A stretch of 64,000 nt of DNA from assembly GCF_000142905.1 (NCBI RefSeq), contig NW_013657677.1, forward strand, positions 248,001-312,000, given 5' to 3'. A model generated the notes under the pieces. That model had not been told where the DNA came from. It did no database searches and was given only the letters and a program-made list of their open reading frames with translations. Position numbers and translations under genes: made by a program. Origin of the DNA: Thecamonas trahens ATCC 50062. Lineage: Eukaryota > Protista > Apusomonadida. Positions 49,073 to 63,842 of the stretch are shown here, one piece after another (position 1 is the stretch's first letter; every line of letters starts with the position of its first letter).

Positions 49073-49600
49073 TTACTGGAACGTCGACGGGCGGTTCGGG
49101 CGGAAGGTCTTGGCGTACTGCTTGTCGGCAACGCGCATGACGTTGTGCGGGAGCGGGAACTTGACGTCCTTGTTGACGAACTGCTTGATGTTCGCGCGCT
49201 TGACAGCCTTGGCCTTGATGACAGCAGTCTGGACAACGTGGATGTCGCGAGCACGGGTGCGGTGGCGGGAAGCCATCTCGCTGTACATCTGCTCAATAGC
49301 GTTGGCACGGGTGAGCGCACGGTACTCCTTGTACATGTTGTGCGTGCCGGACCGCGAGTTGTAGCGGAGCCAGACGGCAAAGTTCTTGACGCGCGGGCGC
49401 TTCGGCTCGTGGATCTGGTTGATCGAGAGGATCTCACCGTCCATCTTCTTGAGCTTGCGCTGCTTGGAGAGGAAGTACCAGAAGCGGGACTTGGCGACGA
49501 CCTCGTCCTTAGCGAACAGGCGCATGCGGTAGATCTGCGGCTTCGGCATGTTCTCCGTCGGGCGGCGGCGGCCAACAACCTGGTACTCCTTCAGGGTCAT
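49073..49600 (-). CDS. RPL18A: 60S ribosomal protein eL20 (L18a); possible extra 5' exons upstream
   Basis: LKEYQVVGRRRPT...IYRMRLFA..VVAKSRFWYFL...KNFAVWLRYNSRSGTHNMYKEYR...RPSTF. Confidence 0.97.
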   Translation of the reverse strand: MTLKEYQVVGRRRPTENMPKPQIYRMRLFAKDEVVAKSRFWYFLSKQRKLKKMDGEILSINQIHEPKRPRVKNFAVWLRYNSRSGTHNMYKEYRALTRANAIEQMYSEMASRHRTRARDIHVVQTAVIKAKAVKRANIKQFVNKDVKFPLPHNVMRVADKQYAKTFRPNRPSTFQ

Positions 49601-50509
49601 GCTCTGTTCGTCGACGCGTCCATGCTCTGGTGTAAGTTGAACGGCCGACCACTGCTGGCAAAACACACACAATCATCCCAGCCGGGGTGACCCCGCCGCG
49701 CCGTGTCGACCCACGCCCGCGCACATCCACACACTCTCTCGCTCAAGACCAGCATGTTTCTGCTACATGCTTGCACAAACAGAGCAGGACAGGAAGGATG
49801 TTGTGTGGGGCTGGTGGGCAGAGTGCGCGAAGCACAGGGTGCTGCAGCCGGCTAAGCGACGAGGGGCATCAAACAAAAAAGCGTCGCCGCCATCAGTGGC
49901 CCAGAGGCCGAGGGCCACGCAAGCAACCGGGCGTGAGAGCCAGGCATGGACACGCCATGGCTGAAGATAAGGTCAACAGCCACGTGTGCTGTCCGAGACA
50001 TCGCACCCACTGCAGGGGGGCTGCAGCACGGCGTCACCGCCGCGCGCTTCACCCGCGGTCAAATTGTCCGACACCGGGCGAGGGCAGCCGAGACGGCCAC
50101 AGTTCGAGGCCACACATACACCGCCAGAGCATCCACAGATCGACACCCACGCACACCCTGCACAGCAGGTGCGCGCATGGAGTGCTACATGGTGCTGTGG
50201 CTGGTGGGGGCATGTCGGAAACAAACTGCTTGCTCATCCCTCCGGGGCGCGTCGCCCAACTCACGCACTAGCCACTTTGGAAACGTACGATTGTGAAGAC
50301 AAGGGTAGCGAAGAGAGTTGCCAAAGTGAGAAAATACATTTGCGCGAGCTCAATTCGTTCGACTCGAGGCGAAAACGAGTTTTGACTGCCAAAGTGGTAC
50401 GGCCAGCAATTTGGTGCGGCTCGTTGGCTGATGCGGTCGAACCATTAATTTCAGAGAGGGGGCCAATAATAGCTTGTAGCGAGTGCGGCCGAATTCATCG
50501 ATAAAGTGA

Positions 50510-52093
50510 ATGAGAAATAGTCGAAGGAAAAGGGCCGCACAGGCGGAGAAAGTTGGGAGAGACGCCGTGGAGGGGAAGGTACCCCTCTTTTGTCAGCTGC
50601 TTGGTTGCAGCGAGACAACCATTGTTAACCCCCACCGTTGCGGAGCTCCACCCGAGAGAGTGGAGAAGCGTAGCAAGGTGCGTGTGGCAGGCTCGAACGG
50701 CGTTGCCGTTGGCTGTGGGGACGTCGACGAGGCCGTTGGTGCGGCACGTGCGTTTGGAGCGTTGGAAGGCGCGGCAGGCGGCGAGACGGGCAAGCCGGCG
50801 GCCGTGCGGAAGCAGGCGAGCGGGAGCGGAGCCAGGCGGACGCGAGTCCGTGGCACCGACGGTGTAGCAGACAAGGAGCGTGCGTGCGGCATGGGCTTCC
50901 AGACGAGGATGGTTGCCGTGTTCTCCAAGTACGTCGCTGCGTACACAAAGCAGATTGTGGCCGACGTCCGGTCCAAGACCCGGGCGGTGGCGGCCAAGGT
51001 GGACGTGGCGGTGGCGGTCGGCGTGGCCATGGCGCTGGGCGGGATGGTGGCAGTTGGCGCGACCGTGTACTACGGCCTGCTCACGCCGTACCTCGAGTGG
51101 ATTGCCGCGCTCGGTCTCTGGGGCAACGCCCTCATGGTCGTCTCGTTCGTTCCGGTCTCGGTCCCGTTTGTCATGGGCTACACGCCGCTGACGCTGGCAA
51201 CCGGCTACATCTACGGCATCTACGGCGGCATAGTCACCTCGCAGATCGGCGCGCTTCTCGGCGCGTGCGTGGCCTTTGTAGGCACGCGCATGCTGTGCCG
51301 CGACGCGCTGCGGGCCAAGCTCGACAAGTCGCTCAAGTTCCGCGGCTTTATGAAGGCCGTCGAGTCGCACGGTTTTAAGATCGTCGTCCTCATGCGGCTG
51401 GTTCCGGTCCCGTTTGGCATCCAGAACGGCGCCTTTGCCGTCTCAAACATCTCGTTTGGCCGCTACATGGTCGCCACCGCTCTTGGCGTCCTCCCCGGCC
51501 AGGTCATGATCAACTACTTTGGCACTACCATCCACTCGCTCGGCGACATCCTCTCGGGCAAGCACGAGTTTTCCGAGTGGCAGACGTATATGCTCTACTC
51601 GCAGGGTCTTGTGGTCGCCTTTCTCTTTGTCTTCCTTGGCTACCTTTCCAAGCGCGCCATGGCCTACGCCGAGCTCGACGACGCGCTCGACATTGCCCGG
51701 AGCTCGGGCAAGAGCGCCATGGCCTCGTCGCCGCACGGCTTGGCCGCCGCCGCCGCGCCTGTCGTCCTCACCGCTGCTGCCGCCTCCGCCGCCGCCGCTG
51801 ACCATCCCGACGTCGACGCCACTGCCCGCGACAAGTGCCGGCCCCGGACCCGGACCCGTCGCGCTGGCTCGCACCACAAGCGCCATCTCAAGGCCTCGTC
51901 CTCCGAGGACTTTGACACCCTCCTTGGCGCCGAGTCGGGTGGCCTCTCTGTCGGCCCGGGCAAGAGCCTGCTCACCTTTGACTATGCAAGGCGCTCGCGC
52001 GGCTCTGTGGCCGAAGAGACCCGCGTGCTGCGGACAACCTCCAACTCGAACATCGCCCTCACCGTTGCCCACCACCATCCCTCGCGCCATTGA
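50510..52093 (+). CDS. TVP38/TMEM64 (VTT/DedA, SNARE-associated Golgi) membrane protein; start 50510 or 50891
   Basis: PFVMGYTPLTLATGYIYGIYGG, GACVAFVGTR, GFKIVVLMRLVPVPFGIQN, YMVATALGVLPG. Confidence 0.85.
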   Translation: MRNSRRKRAAQAEKVGRDAVEGKVPLFCQLLGCSETTIVNPHRCGAPPERVEKRSKVRVAGSNGVAVGCGDVDEAVGAARAFGALEGAAGGETGKPAAVRKQASGSGARRTRVRGTDGVADKERACGMGFQTRMVAVFSKYVAAYTKQIVADVRSKTRAVAAKVDVAVAVGVAMALGGMVAVGATVYYGLLTPYLEWIAALGLWGNALMVVSFVPVSVPFVMGYTPLTLATGYIYGIYGGIVTSQIGALLGACVAFVGTRMLCRDALRAKLDKSLKFRGFMKAVESHGFKIVVLMRLVPVPFGIQNGAFAVSNISFGRYMVATALGVLPGQVMINYFGTTIHSLGDILSGKHEFSEWQTYMLYSQGLVVAFLFVFLGYLSKRAMAYAELDDALDIARSSGKSAMASSPHGLAAAAAPVVLTAAAASAAAADHPDVDATARDKCRPRTRTRRAGSHHKRHLKASSSEDFDTLLGAESGGLSVGPGKSLLTFDYARRSRGSVAEETRVLRTTSNSNIALTVAHHHPSRH

Positions 52094-52205
52094 CTTGCGC
52101 CAGCTGTTGTTTGTAAACGTTACGATTGTTTTGCACAGACTCCTCCCTACCTTCCACTCCCCTGCCCCCGGGCGGACGAACACACACTTGTCGCTGTCAG
52201 CCGAC

Positions 52206-52316
52206 ATGTCCACCGAGCCGATCGATGGCGTTGTCTTTGAGGAGGACGACGACGGCTATGTTGTTCGCTTCGACTCGGACGATGGCTCCGAGGCTGAGCC
52301 CGAGCCCGAGCCTACT

Positions 52317-52348
<32 letters not shown>

Positions 52349-53871
52349 TACCCTCGAGCCCGAGGCTGGGCTTGAAGGCCAGGGTGACGAGCCCTTTGAG
52401 TTTGACGAGGAGCTCGACGAGATGGTCGAGATCGATCCAAACGCTGACAACCTCGACGAGGTCTTTGCCCGACTGTCTGCGGGCGAGCCTGTGGCCCGCA
52501 TCTTCTCCAACGCTACCGCCACCTTTTCCGGGCACACCGGTACGTTTTGCCATGACTTGCCGTGCTCGGCTCTGCCTGTGTTGTCCCTGCCAGGCCCCCC
52601 CCCTGTCACTGGCGTCATCATCCATCCTGGCAGACCTCGCGACCTGGCGACCTGACGAGGAAGGCAATAGTGAGCTATTGGTCGGGTGAGGAACAGCGAC
52701 TTACATGGGTGCACAATGCGGGGGGTCTTGAACGGGGGGGGTCGGTACAGATGCGGTGTATGCGTTGGCACTGAGCCCGGATGCCGCGGTGGCGGCGTCT
52801 GGCGGCGGCGACGACAAGCTCCGGGTGTGGAGCACTGCCGATGGCTCGGAGCTTGTGGTCATCGACTCGTTTGCAGAGAGTGTGGCGCATGTGGCTTTCT
52901 CGGCCGATGGTGGGTACCTGGCCGGCTGCGATCTCGACGGCAACGTCCGTGTGCTTAAGACCGGCAGCTGGGAGGTTGTGCTCGAGCTCGACGGGCCCGA
53001 CGGCGCCGAGAGCATGGTCTGGCACCCGCGCGGCAACGTGCTTGTGGTCTCGTCGACCGACACGACGGTGTGGATGTGGCATGTGCCGTCGGGCAAGATC
53101 ATGAATGTCTTTGCCGGACACACCGACGCCGTGACCGTCTGCGGCTTTGCTGCCGACGGCAAGACGCTTATCTCCGGCTCGGCTGACGAGTCGCTCATTG
53201 TGTGGTCGCCCAAGACCGGCTCGCCGGTCTCCAAGGTTGTGGGCTACCCGTTCCACGACGCGCCGATCTCGTCGCTCGCCGTCGATCCGCGCGCGGACGC
53301 CGCGCCGCGTGTCGCCACCGGCGCTCTCGACGGCTCAGTCCGTGTCACCTCGCTCGAATCCGGCAAGGTCCTCGCCTCAATGACCCACGAGGGCTCGGTC
53401 GAGGCCATTGCCTGGTGCTCGTTTGACGACAAGTGGCTGGCGACCGCCGGCATGGACGGCAACGTGGTGGTGTGGGACCTCTCTGTCGCCGCCCCGCGCA
53501 TCACCCTCGAGCACAAGGAGGGCGTCATCGGCGTTACCTGGGTCCCGAACCAGCCGCTGCTCTACACCCTCTCGTCAGACACTTCGATCCGTGTTTGGGA
53601 TGCACGCTCCGGCGAGTGCATCCGCACTCTCCGTGCCCACGAGGACATCCCGCTCGCCTGGGCCGTCTCCGCCGACGCCACCTGCCTCATCTCGGGCGGC
53701 GACGACCGCAAGGCCTATGTCTTTGCTCCGCTCGACCTCGACGCCGCCAAGGACAACTCCGACGATGCTGCTGCCTCCTCCACCGTCCACGCCCACGTTG
53801 CTATCCCGCCTGGTGCCGGTGAAGATGCCGATGCTACCGCCGACGCTCCGGCTGGCGAGGCTTCTGATTAA
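52206..53871 (+). CDS. AAMP: AAMP/Sqt1-like WD40 ribosome-assembly protein; intron 52540-52750
   Basis: Acidic N-terminus, spliced FSGHT/DAVYAL, ASGGGDDK, FSADGGYLA, WHPRGNVL, VWMWHVPSG...VFAGH, WDARSG. Phase-1 intron GTACGT...ACAG. Confidence 0.82.
52295..52363 (+). repeat. Coding (GAGCCC)n hexamer repeat encoding an EP dipeptide run
   Basis: [19 protein letters not shown] in exon 1 of the WD40 gene. Confidence 0.85.
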
Positions 53872-54652
53872 GAGCAAGTGCGAACGACGGTGTCCTTGAC
53901 TGGCTTCGAGGGTTTCGCTCTTTTGATTTCGCCGAACTGGGCCCTGCTCTCGGGTAGGGCCCATTATTATTCCTGCGACCCTCACTTTCCGGTTTTCTTT
54001 TTGCTTCCCGCCTCACCCTGCACCGGCTGCACGTGTGTGCGGTGTTGAGCATGTGGTTGCTGGCGCTGTGACCTTCCCAGTGCTGCGTGAGCAGCCTTCG
54101 ATGTCGCTGCATCGACTCTGTCTCTGGCATCTGCCTTCCATTTTCGGTAAAAATTGAGGTTTGAATCCGCACAGGCCGCACAGGGCCTAGTCCCAGGCTT
54201 GCGAGCGTTTGAATGCGATGGTAAGACAGTAGGAGACTAGGGCGGGAGAACCGGAGTGCGAAAGCGGGCGGCACCTTGTGCTCGCTTACGCGGGGTGCAA
54301 ATCGTGTGCGTGACTTTACCACCCGCGACGATGCTGCCGTCACGGACAGCCTATGGCGCTCGATGTACACGATCACAGGTAGCAAACACAGAATCGACTG
54401 CAAAAGTACATGGCGTAGGCCACGACACACCTTGCGCCTGTCTAGACGGGAGGCAGAGCCCGATCCGCGAGCAACAGGCCGTCGCGTCGATGTCACTTGC
54501 CAAAATGTGTGATCACCAAAAAGCCGCTTCGTGCTTACTATGGCACACTAATTGTCCTTGCCTCACATCGCACAGCAGATCGAGTCACCTCCCGAGGAGT
54601 TTCGTCGTCTCCCCCCCCACCAACCTAGAGCTGGACCACGATAGCGGCATAG

Positions 54653-57028
<2,376 letters not shown>

Positions 57029-57537
57029 TTGACATCAAACAACACCAGCTACGAGTGCACCTCTGACGTTCTGCCGTGCCCCTTTCTCCTCTTCCCCTCT
57101 CTTATCTTGCCGCCCTTTTTCTTCCCTTTTTGCGGCCTTTTGCGGTGCTTTTCTTGCCGTCGGCACGTGCCACTCATAAGCACTTCCACCGCAGTCACAA
57201 CTTGCCACTCACTGACCCAGTGCGCTACACACCGCTCTCCCCACACTCTCATCCTCCTCCACCACTTCCTCCACCGGTTCCACCACTCTCCCCACCTGTC
57301 CAATCCCTACCCACCACCACTCTTGCTCCTCAACTCGGCGTCTTGCTCCTCACCAGCATTCTCTGCACCTTCCACCCACTTTGCGCGCGCTAACTCCATT
57401 CGGCCCCACGCACGCCAACTGGCACGGACCGGCGTTCTATAGAATCGAGACTTTGCAGCCTTTTTTCGGACCCCCCCCCCCCCCCTCCTCTCCTCCCCCC
57501 CTCCCCCCTCCCCCTCCCTCCCCCTGCGAACATAAGC

Positions 57538-58221
57538 ATGATGGCCTCGCGTTGGGGTTCTCTTGGAGGCAGTGGACGGTGCGCACGGAAGAGCTGTCTC
57601 AAGCGCGAGCGGACGTACTCGCCGTGCTTGCCTGGGGAGCGGCCTGTCACGCCACCGCCGTCCAAGCGCCATGCGCCGCTGGAGGCATCGGCGCCGGCCT
57701 TGGTGGCGCCGCGGGTGATCCTTCCCCACTCGACACCCGTCCATCCGACGAGCACCGGGGGCAGCACTGTGGCTCAGGCGGTGGACATGCCGCAGGCTCA
57801 GGGCTCGCCCGCTCCGCTTCGGCGCTCGGTTGTCAAGCGCATCAACTACCAGCCCCCGGCCGCCCTTGCTCCGCCGCCGCCGCCGTGCGAGCTCCGGGTC
57901 GTTGCCTCGCTCCGCGAAGAGGCTGCCCTGCTTGCCTGCCCGCCACTCGCCCGCTTTGATCTCGGCAACATGGCTGCGCTTGCACCCACAGGCTCGTTCT
58001 CCATCGCCGCCGCGCTGCCCTCGCCGCTGCCGCCGCCGCCCTCGGCCTCGCGCCCTCTCTTTGTCCATCGCGCCCGCGCATCTGCCATTCTCCACGCTCC
58101 GGCTCGTCTACCCGCCCGTGGCCGTGCTTGCTCAGCCTCGTCGTCAACCGGCTGTCCTCGCCCGCTCGCCGTCGGCCCATGCTTCCGGTTGAGGGTGTTC
58201 CAGCCGCCTTCGGGCCGCTGA
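57538..58221 (+). CDS. Hypothetical Pro-rich protein (could be an upstream exon of the RasGEF)
   Basis: ATG-initiated 227-aa ORF downstream of a C-tract, with host codon bias. No domain recognised. Confidence 0.45.
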   Translation: MMASRWGSLGGSGRCARKSCLKRERTYSPCLPGERPVTPPPSKRHAPLEASAPALVAPRVILPHSTPVHPTSTGGSTVAQAVDMPQAQGSPAPLRRSVVKRINYQPPAALAPPPPPCELRVVASLREEAALLACPPLARFDLGNMAALAPTGSFSIAAALPSPLPPPPSASRPLFVHRARASAILHAPARLPARGRACSASSSTGCPRPLAVGPCFRLRVFQPPSGR

Positions 58222-58381
58222 TCCCTCCCCCCCCCCCCCCCACTACTGCACATGCCTCAAGTATCCTCACTCCTCCCCCCGATGAATGAAGGTAACTTAA
58301 TCTGCGCAGTGCCCGCGCCCGTGCCTGTTAACACCTGTCTTCCCCCCCCCCCCCCCCCCCTTCCTCTCGTGCTGGCCGCTG

Positions 58382-61300
58382 ATGGCCGCACCGCACCCGG
58401 CCTACGCCTGGGCCTCACCACTGCGGCTCTCAGCATCAGCAGCGCGACATCTTGCCGACGCGGAGCTCCGCAGGGCGTATGCCCGCCCGGCGTCTGCCTC
58501 TGCCGACCGAGCGGCGTCGGTGCCGTCGTCGCCAGCGCCGGCGGCGCTCACCCATGCGCCACCCGGCTGCGACGTGCTCGCCGTCGACCATGCAGCGTCT
58601 CCCACACGAGCAGCAGCGGTGGAGAGTCTTGTTGCCCGCATGCGGGCCGCCCGCTCGCGCTCTGCTGCTAGTTTGACAAGCCCGGACAAGGTCTCACTCG
58701 ACTCGCCGTCGCCGTCCCGACCGTGGAGCCCGCCACGGGCGCCGCGGGCTTCGCTGGCGGAGCTCCTAGACGACGCCCGCTCGCCGCTCCCAGTCCCAGT
58801 TCCTACCCAAGTCGTCGATCCGAGCTCTCCGTTGCGCATCCGCATCGGCAAGCGCCGCCGCTTCCGCCGCATGGTCACGCTGGCCACAGAGGTCAAGGAT
58901 GAGGTCAAGGCCGTGACCTCGTCGCTCGACTCGGCTGGCAACGACGATTGCCTCTCCGATGGCTCGCCGTCATCGGACTACTCGGGCTATTCGGCGACCG
59001 CGACGTCACCGCCTTCCTCTCCGCCGTCACCGGTCTGGCCGCTAGCGGGCAGCCCGACGCCTCCACCGGCCGAGGAACACTTTCTCACGCCACTCACCGT
59101 CCGCCGCTCTGCCACCCGCGAGCCGGCCTCGTCGACGGTCTCGTCTGAAGGCTCGACCTCGGCCCTGACAGCGGTCCATCGGGCAACACCCATGGCACTC
59201 TCACCAGCACCCGCCTCGTCGAGTTCATCGTCGTCGACCTCGCTGCGGTTCGGCCTCTCGTCGTCGAGCTCCTCGCCCGACGACGCTGTCTCGGACGTCT
59301 CGATGCTCTCTGCCTATCACCGCAATCGAGAGCACCGGCTGTGGCAACGTGGTCATCACATGGGCGCGTCAGACGTTGGAGGTGTGCTCAATTCCTCCTC
59401 GTCAGCGTCGGCGTCTCCGCCATCGCTTTCTCCGGCTAAGCCTCCGCGGCAAAGTTCGTCGGGCGTCACCCGTCTCCCTATTGTTGAAAGCCTTGGCTCC
59501 AGAGGCAACATTGACTCGGGCGTGGCCAAACGAGTTATGGAAGAGATTGATCCGAAGCAGGCACGCCAGTCACTTGGCACGGCCGAGCTCGATGCGCTCC
59601 TTGACTCGTCAGACGTGTCGACGGCATCGTCGCCGACGCCTGCGCGCCACGTTGCCATCCTTCGTAAGCGGATGGCGGCTGCCAAGCTCAAGAACCACAG
59701 GCATTCGCGCGAGCTTGCGCTCGACGAGTCGCATGTTGTGCTTGGTGGCCTCTCGCCGGTGCCAGAGGCAAGCGCCTCGCGCGACTCGCTGGCCTCGCTG
59801 GCCTCGCAGCGCGAGTCGCTGGCATCCGTCGTCGCACTCTTGGACACTGTTGAGGCTAGCGACGGCGCCGAGGCACTGCAGCTTGAGTGGTCGTCGGACG
59901 ATGGTGATGCCGCCAGCTCGGTGGGGAGCGCCGTCCACCCCGAGCCGCACCGCGTCTCGCAGCCTCTCACGGCCGAGTCGCTGCAAGCTGCAGTGACTGC
60001 CGCACTACCGCCGCATGTCGACTGGGACGAGGTCGGCAGCGAGTGGATGGCCGAATTTGAGTGGGTCGGCAACTTGCCCGCCGACGCGCGCGACGACGAG
60101 CTGGTGCTAACGGTCCAGAGAGGGACGCGCATCCATTTCCTGGAGGCCTCTAGCGACGGAAACGCCGAGTCTGAGTCCGCGTTGCCGCTGTTTGGCGTCC
60201 ACAACGGACACTTTGAGCAGTCGTTGTGGTGCATGACCGAGAGCGGAAAGCCACGGCTTGTGCGCGGGCTTCCGTGGTTAGTTGTGCTGCATCTCGCGCT
60301 GCCACGTGCCCACGAAGCGCCGTTCTTTTTCCTCTTTACGCCGCTACTGATCCGGAGCGGCTCAAAGGCACGGCAGGGCGTGTCGGCGGCTGGCCTTGCG
60401 GCTGTCATGCTAGAGGCGTTTGAGGCGAGCTCCACACGGGCACAGCTCCGACTCGGCTCGCTGGTCCTCGAGTGGGTCCATCGGCATCCGGAGGACTTTA
60501 GTGAGTGTCGAGTCGGCGGGCGTCTGCATGGGCTCATGTCCAAGATCGGCGCAAAGCTGAAGCTCATTCTCCCGCTGTTTGGGACTCGGCTTGATGCACT
60601 GTTCAACCGGGCGCTTGAGCTTGGCGCCAACGGCAAGCACATTGCCGCGGCCCACGTGTTCGCGCACCAGCCGGGCATTGAGCTGGTTGCCATCGGCAGG
60701 CGGCATCCGCTCGACGGCCTCGCGCTGCGGAACAGTCTCGCCACCAGCATCCAGGTACTGATTAATCTGCCTGCGGAGCAGGTGGCTACTGCTCTGACGC
60801 TTGTGGACCTCGCCATGTTTGAGCTTGTGGCAGACCGCGAGATTGTGCAGCTTGTTCGCGAGCAAGTGGCTACTGGCGGCGCCTCGACTCTCGTCGACGT
60901 TCCTGCGGTCGGCGCAGTACTTGCGCGGGCGGTCCACATCGAGCGGTGGGTCGTGACGTGCGTGTTGGGTGGGATCTCATCGACCCGGGTGCTAGAGGCT
61001 TTCATCGATGTGGCATGGGAGTGTGTGGCTCTGCGCAACTTTCACACTGCGGTTGCGATCGCGCGCGGACTCGAGGATGAGGCCGTGCGGGGGTCAAGGA
61101 AGCGTGGCGTGGTTTGAGCGCGCGGGCCAAGCGGCGGGTGCGCGACGTCATGCACCTCATATCTGCTGATAACGACTTTGCCGGCTATCGCGCAGCAGTG
61201 TGTGAGACACCAGAGAACGAGCTTCGGCCGTGGGTGCGGCGCGCGGGCCGTACGTGGTGCCTGTTGTCGAGCTCCTCATTGCTGACATCAGGCGGGTGTT

Positions 61301-61628
61301 TGAACGTGAGCGCGAGCGCGCGGCCGCACAATGGATCTGCGCCTCACACACCGAGGGCGGGCAATGGGTTCTGCAGCCTACGGCGGTGCTTGCGGCGCAC
61401 CTTGCAGCGCACACGGCACGTCTCCCACGCCTCGATGCTGATGCAGCAACAGAACCGGAGCGCTGGATGGCAAGCTGGCTGCTCAACACGAAGGAGCTCG
61501 GGAGGCTAGACGACGGGTGTCCAAGCACGCTCTCTCGGTATGTGGCAATTATGGCAAGCGGGATAGATGATACCGAATCGGTGAGAGAGTTGTTCCACAT
61601 GGTGATGGATATTCCGTTTGAAATGTAG
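58382..61628 (+). CDS. RasGEF (divergent SH3-like - REM - Cdc25) with Ser-rich N-terminus; -1 frame breaks at 61089-61093 and about 61223-61227
   Basis: REM: LVLEWVHRHPEDF. Cdc25: AEQVATALTLVDLAMF, ERWVVTCVL, FIDVAWECVALRNFHTAVAIARGL, KEAWRGL, DNDFAGYRAA, VVPVVELLIADI. Confidence 0.82.
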
Positions 61629-61660
61629 GCTGTGCGGGACGCGGCGGGCGGGTGTGGCGG

Positions 61661-63525
61661 CTACTCGTTCTCGACGACAACGGCGTCATCGTCCGACGGG
61701 CCGGCGCGGATGACGCCGATAAAGTCGAGGAAGCCGCGGAGCTTGGCGAGGATGCCGGCCGAGTAGCCCATGCGAATGGCAGTCTCGACGAGCGCAAACG
61801 AGTGGTTCTGGATGGGGTACTCGAACGGCTTGGGCAGCGAGGTGGGGAGGCCCCAGCGCTCGGTGACAACGGCGACGGTGGCAGAAGCCTCGCGGAGGCC
61901 CTCGACGCCGTTGAAGCGGCCAAAGCCCGAGTGCTTGACGCCGCCAAACGGCAGCGACTGCATGGTGTAGGTGATGCCGTAGTCGTTGACGACGGCCATG
62001 CCGGACTTGATGTCGGCGACGATGCGGTTGGCGCGGGCAGGCGAGGCCGAGAAGACCGAGCACGAGAGGCCGAGCTCGGTAGCGTTGGCGATGCGGACGG
62101 CGTCGGCGTCGGTCTCAAAGGCAATGACGAGCATGACCGGGCCAAAGACTTCCTCGTGCATGATGCGCATCGAGTCGTTGAGGTCGGTGAGGATGGTCGG
62201 CGCGTAGTAGTAGCCGCCCTTGACCTTGAGGGCCTTGCCGCCGGTGACGAGGGTGGCGCCCTTGGCGACGGCGTCGTCGACGAGGCGCTGGACAATGTCG
62301 ATCTGGCCAGGGAAGGTGATGGCGCCCATGTCCTGGTCGGCCTCAAGCGGCGGGCCGACGCGCATGGCCTCGGCGACAGCCTTCATGCGGGCGAGGAAGG
62401 TGTCGAGGTGCGAGACATGGACAAGCTCGCGCTCGCACGAGATGCAACCCTGACCGGCGCCGAGGAAGGCGCGGCAGGCGTACTGGAAGGCGAGCTCAAA
62501 GTTGGCATCATCACACACAATGAGCGGGTCCTTACCGCCGAGCTCGAGAATGACCGGCTTAAGCGTCTCGGCGGCAGCGAGCATGACCTTCTTGCCAGTC
62601 GCCGGTGAGCCGGTGAAGAAGATCTTGTCCACAAGCGGCGAGGCGACAATGGCGGCGCCGGCGTCGCCGTAGCCAGTCACAAACTGGACGAGGCCGTCGG
62701 GAACACCTGCTGCAGCGAGCGCGTCGTTGACCAGGCGGGCGTACGAGGCGTGGAGTGACCAGGTCGTCCACTCGGAGACCTTAATGACGGCGGCATTACC
62801 GGCAAAGAGCGCGGTGGCGAGCGGCGAGAGGATGTGGTGGAACGGGTAGTTGTAGGGGCAGATGATGCCGATGACGCCCAGCGGGCGGTACTCGACATGA
62901 GCACCCTTGTGCATCATAAAACCCGGCGAGCGGGTCTCGGAGGCAAGTGCAGCCTCGCCGTTGGCAATGGTCCAACGAAGCTTCTCAGCGACGGTGAGGA
63001 TCTCGCCAAACGCAGCCTCCATCATGGTCTTGCCCGAGTCAAGGGCCGAGTACCGGCAGATCTCCTCCTGGTTGGCCACAGTCATGTCGAGGAGGGCCTG
63101 CAGCGCACGCTTGCGGGCAGCAAACGACGATCGACCCCACGAGGCCTGAGCGGCAACGGCAGTCTCGATGGCAGCGTTGATCTCGTCGGCCGACATGGCC
63201 GGGACGGCGCCGAGCACCTCGCCGGTGCCCTTGTCGACACACTCGATGAGGCGGGCGGGCGGGAGCGAGACCGAGCGGGCACGCGAGGCCTCCCGCGAGA
63301 CCGACGGGCGCGATTCGGGAGAACCACCGGACGCAGCTGAGTGTAGTGCGTGTAGCTGTCTCCGAGATCCCAGAGCCACCAAAAGCCAGCCCATGCCAAG
63401 CGGGCAACGAGGTAGAGGGCAGCCAGCTCGAGGGCAAGAGCCGGCAGCGGCGACGCAGCGACAGCAGCGACTGTGCTGGCAGCCTTACCGGCATAGCCCA
63501 CGAGGGTAGCAGTAAGGTAGTACAT
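61661..63525 (-). CDS. Aldehyde dehydrogenase, ALDH22/Msc7-like, with N-terminal membrane anchor; -1 frame break at 63317-63319
   Basis: PYNYPFH, VIKVSEW, FFTGS, LELGGKD, GQGCISCER (catalytic Cys), EEVFGPV, QSLPFGGVKHSGFGRFNGVEGLR. The hydrophobic N-terminus of ORF 63082..63525 joins if one C is added. Confidence 0.88.
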
Positions 63526-63765
63526 GACGGGGGCAAGGGGTGTAGTCGTGGGTGGTGAAGTGGTGTGTGTGTGTGTGTGGGGGGGGTGTGGGGTGGGGTG
63601 GGGTGGGGAAGGCGGAACCCCTGTGGATGTCTGCTTTTGGGGGTTTGGGTTTTGCGGGAGGAGGCGGTGTGTGGGGGGGAGGGGTGTGTGTGTGGGGGAG
63701 GGGTGTGGGGGGTGTGGGGATGGGGATTACCGATTATTGATTGTTGTTTACCTGCTACCCTGCTA

Positions 63766-63797
63766 CTGTTGATTGTTGTTGTTGCTGCTGTTGTTGT

Positions 63798-63829
<32 letters not shown>

Positions 63830-63842
63830 TTGTTGTTGTTGT
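63766..63842. repeat. (GTT/GCT)n microsatellite within a G/T-rich low-complexity tract
   Basis: Directly visible. Confidence 0.9.

Noticed and set aside
54140-54170. AATTTTTA on the minus strand as a possible Sm site of an snRNA
   Set aside because: No U1, U2, U4, U5 or U6 signature sequence was recognised nearby.
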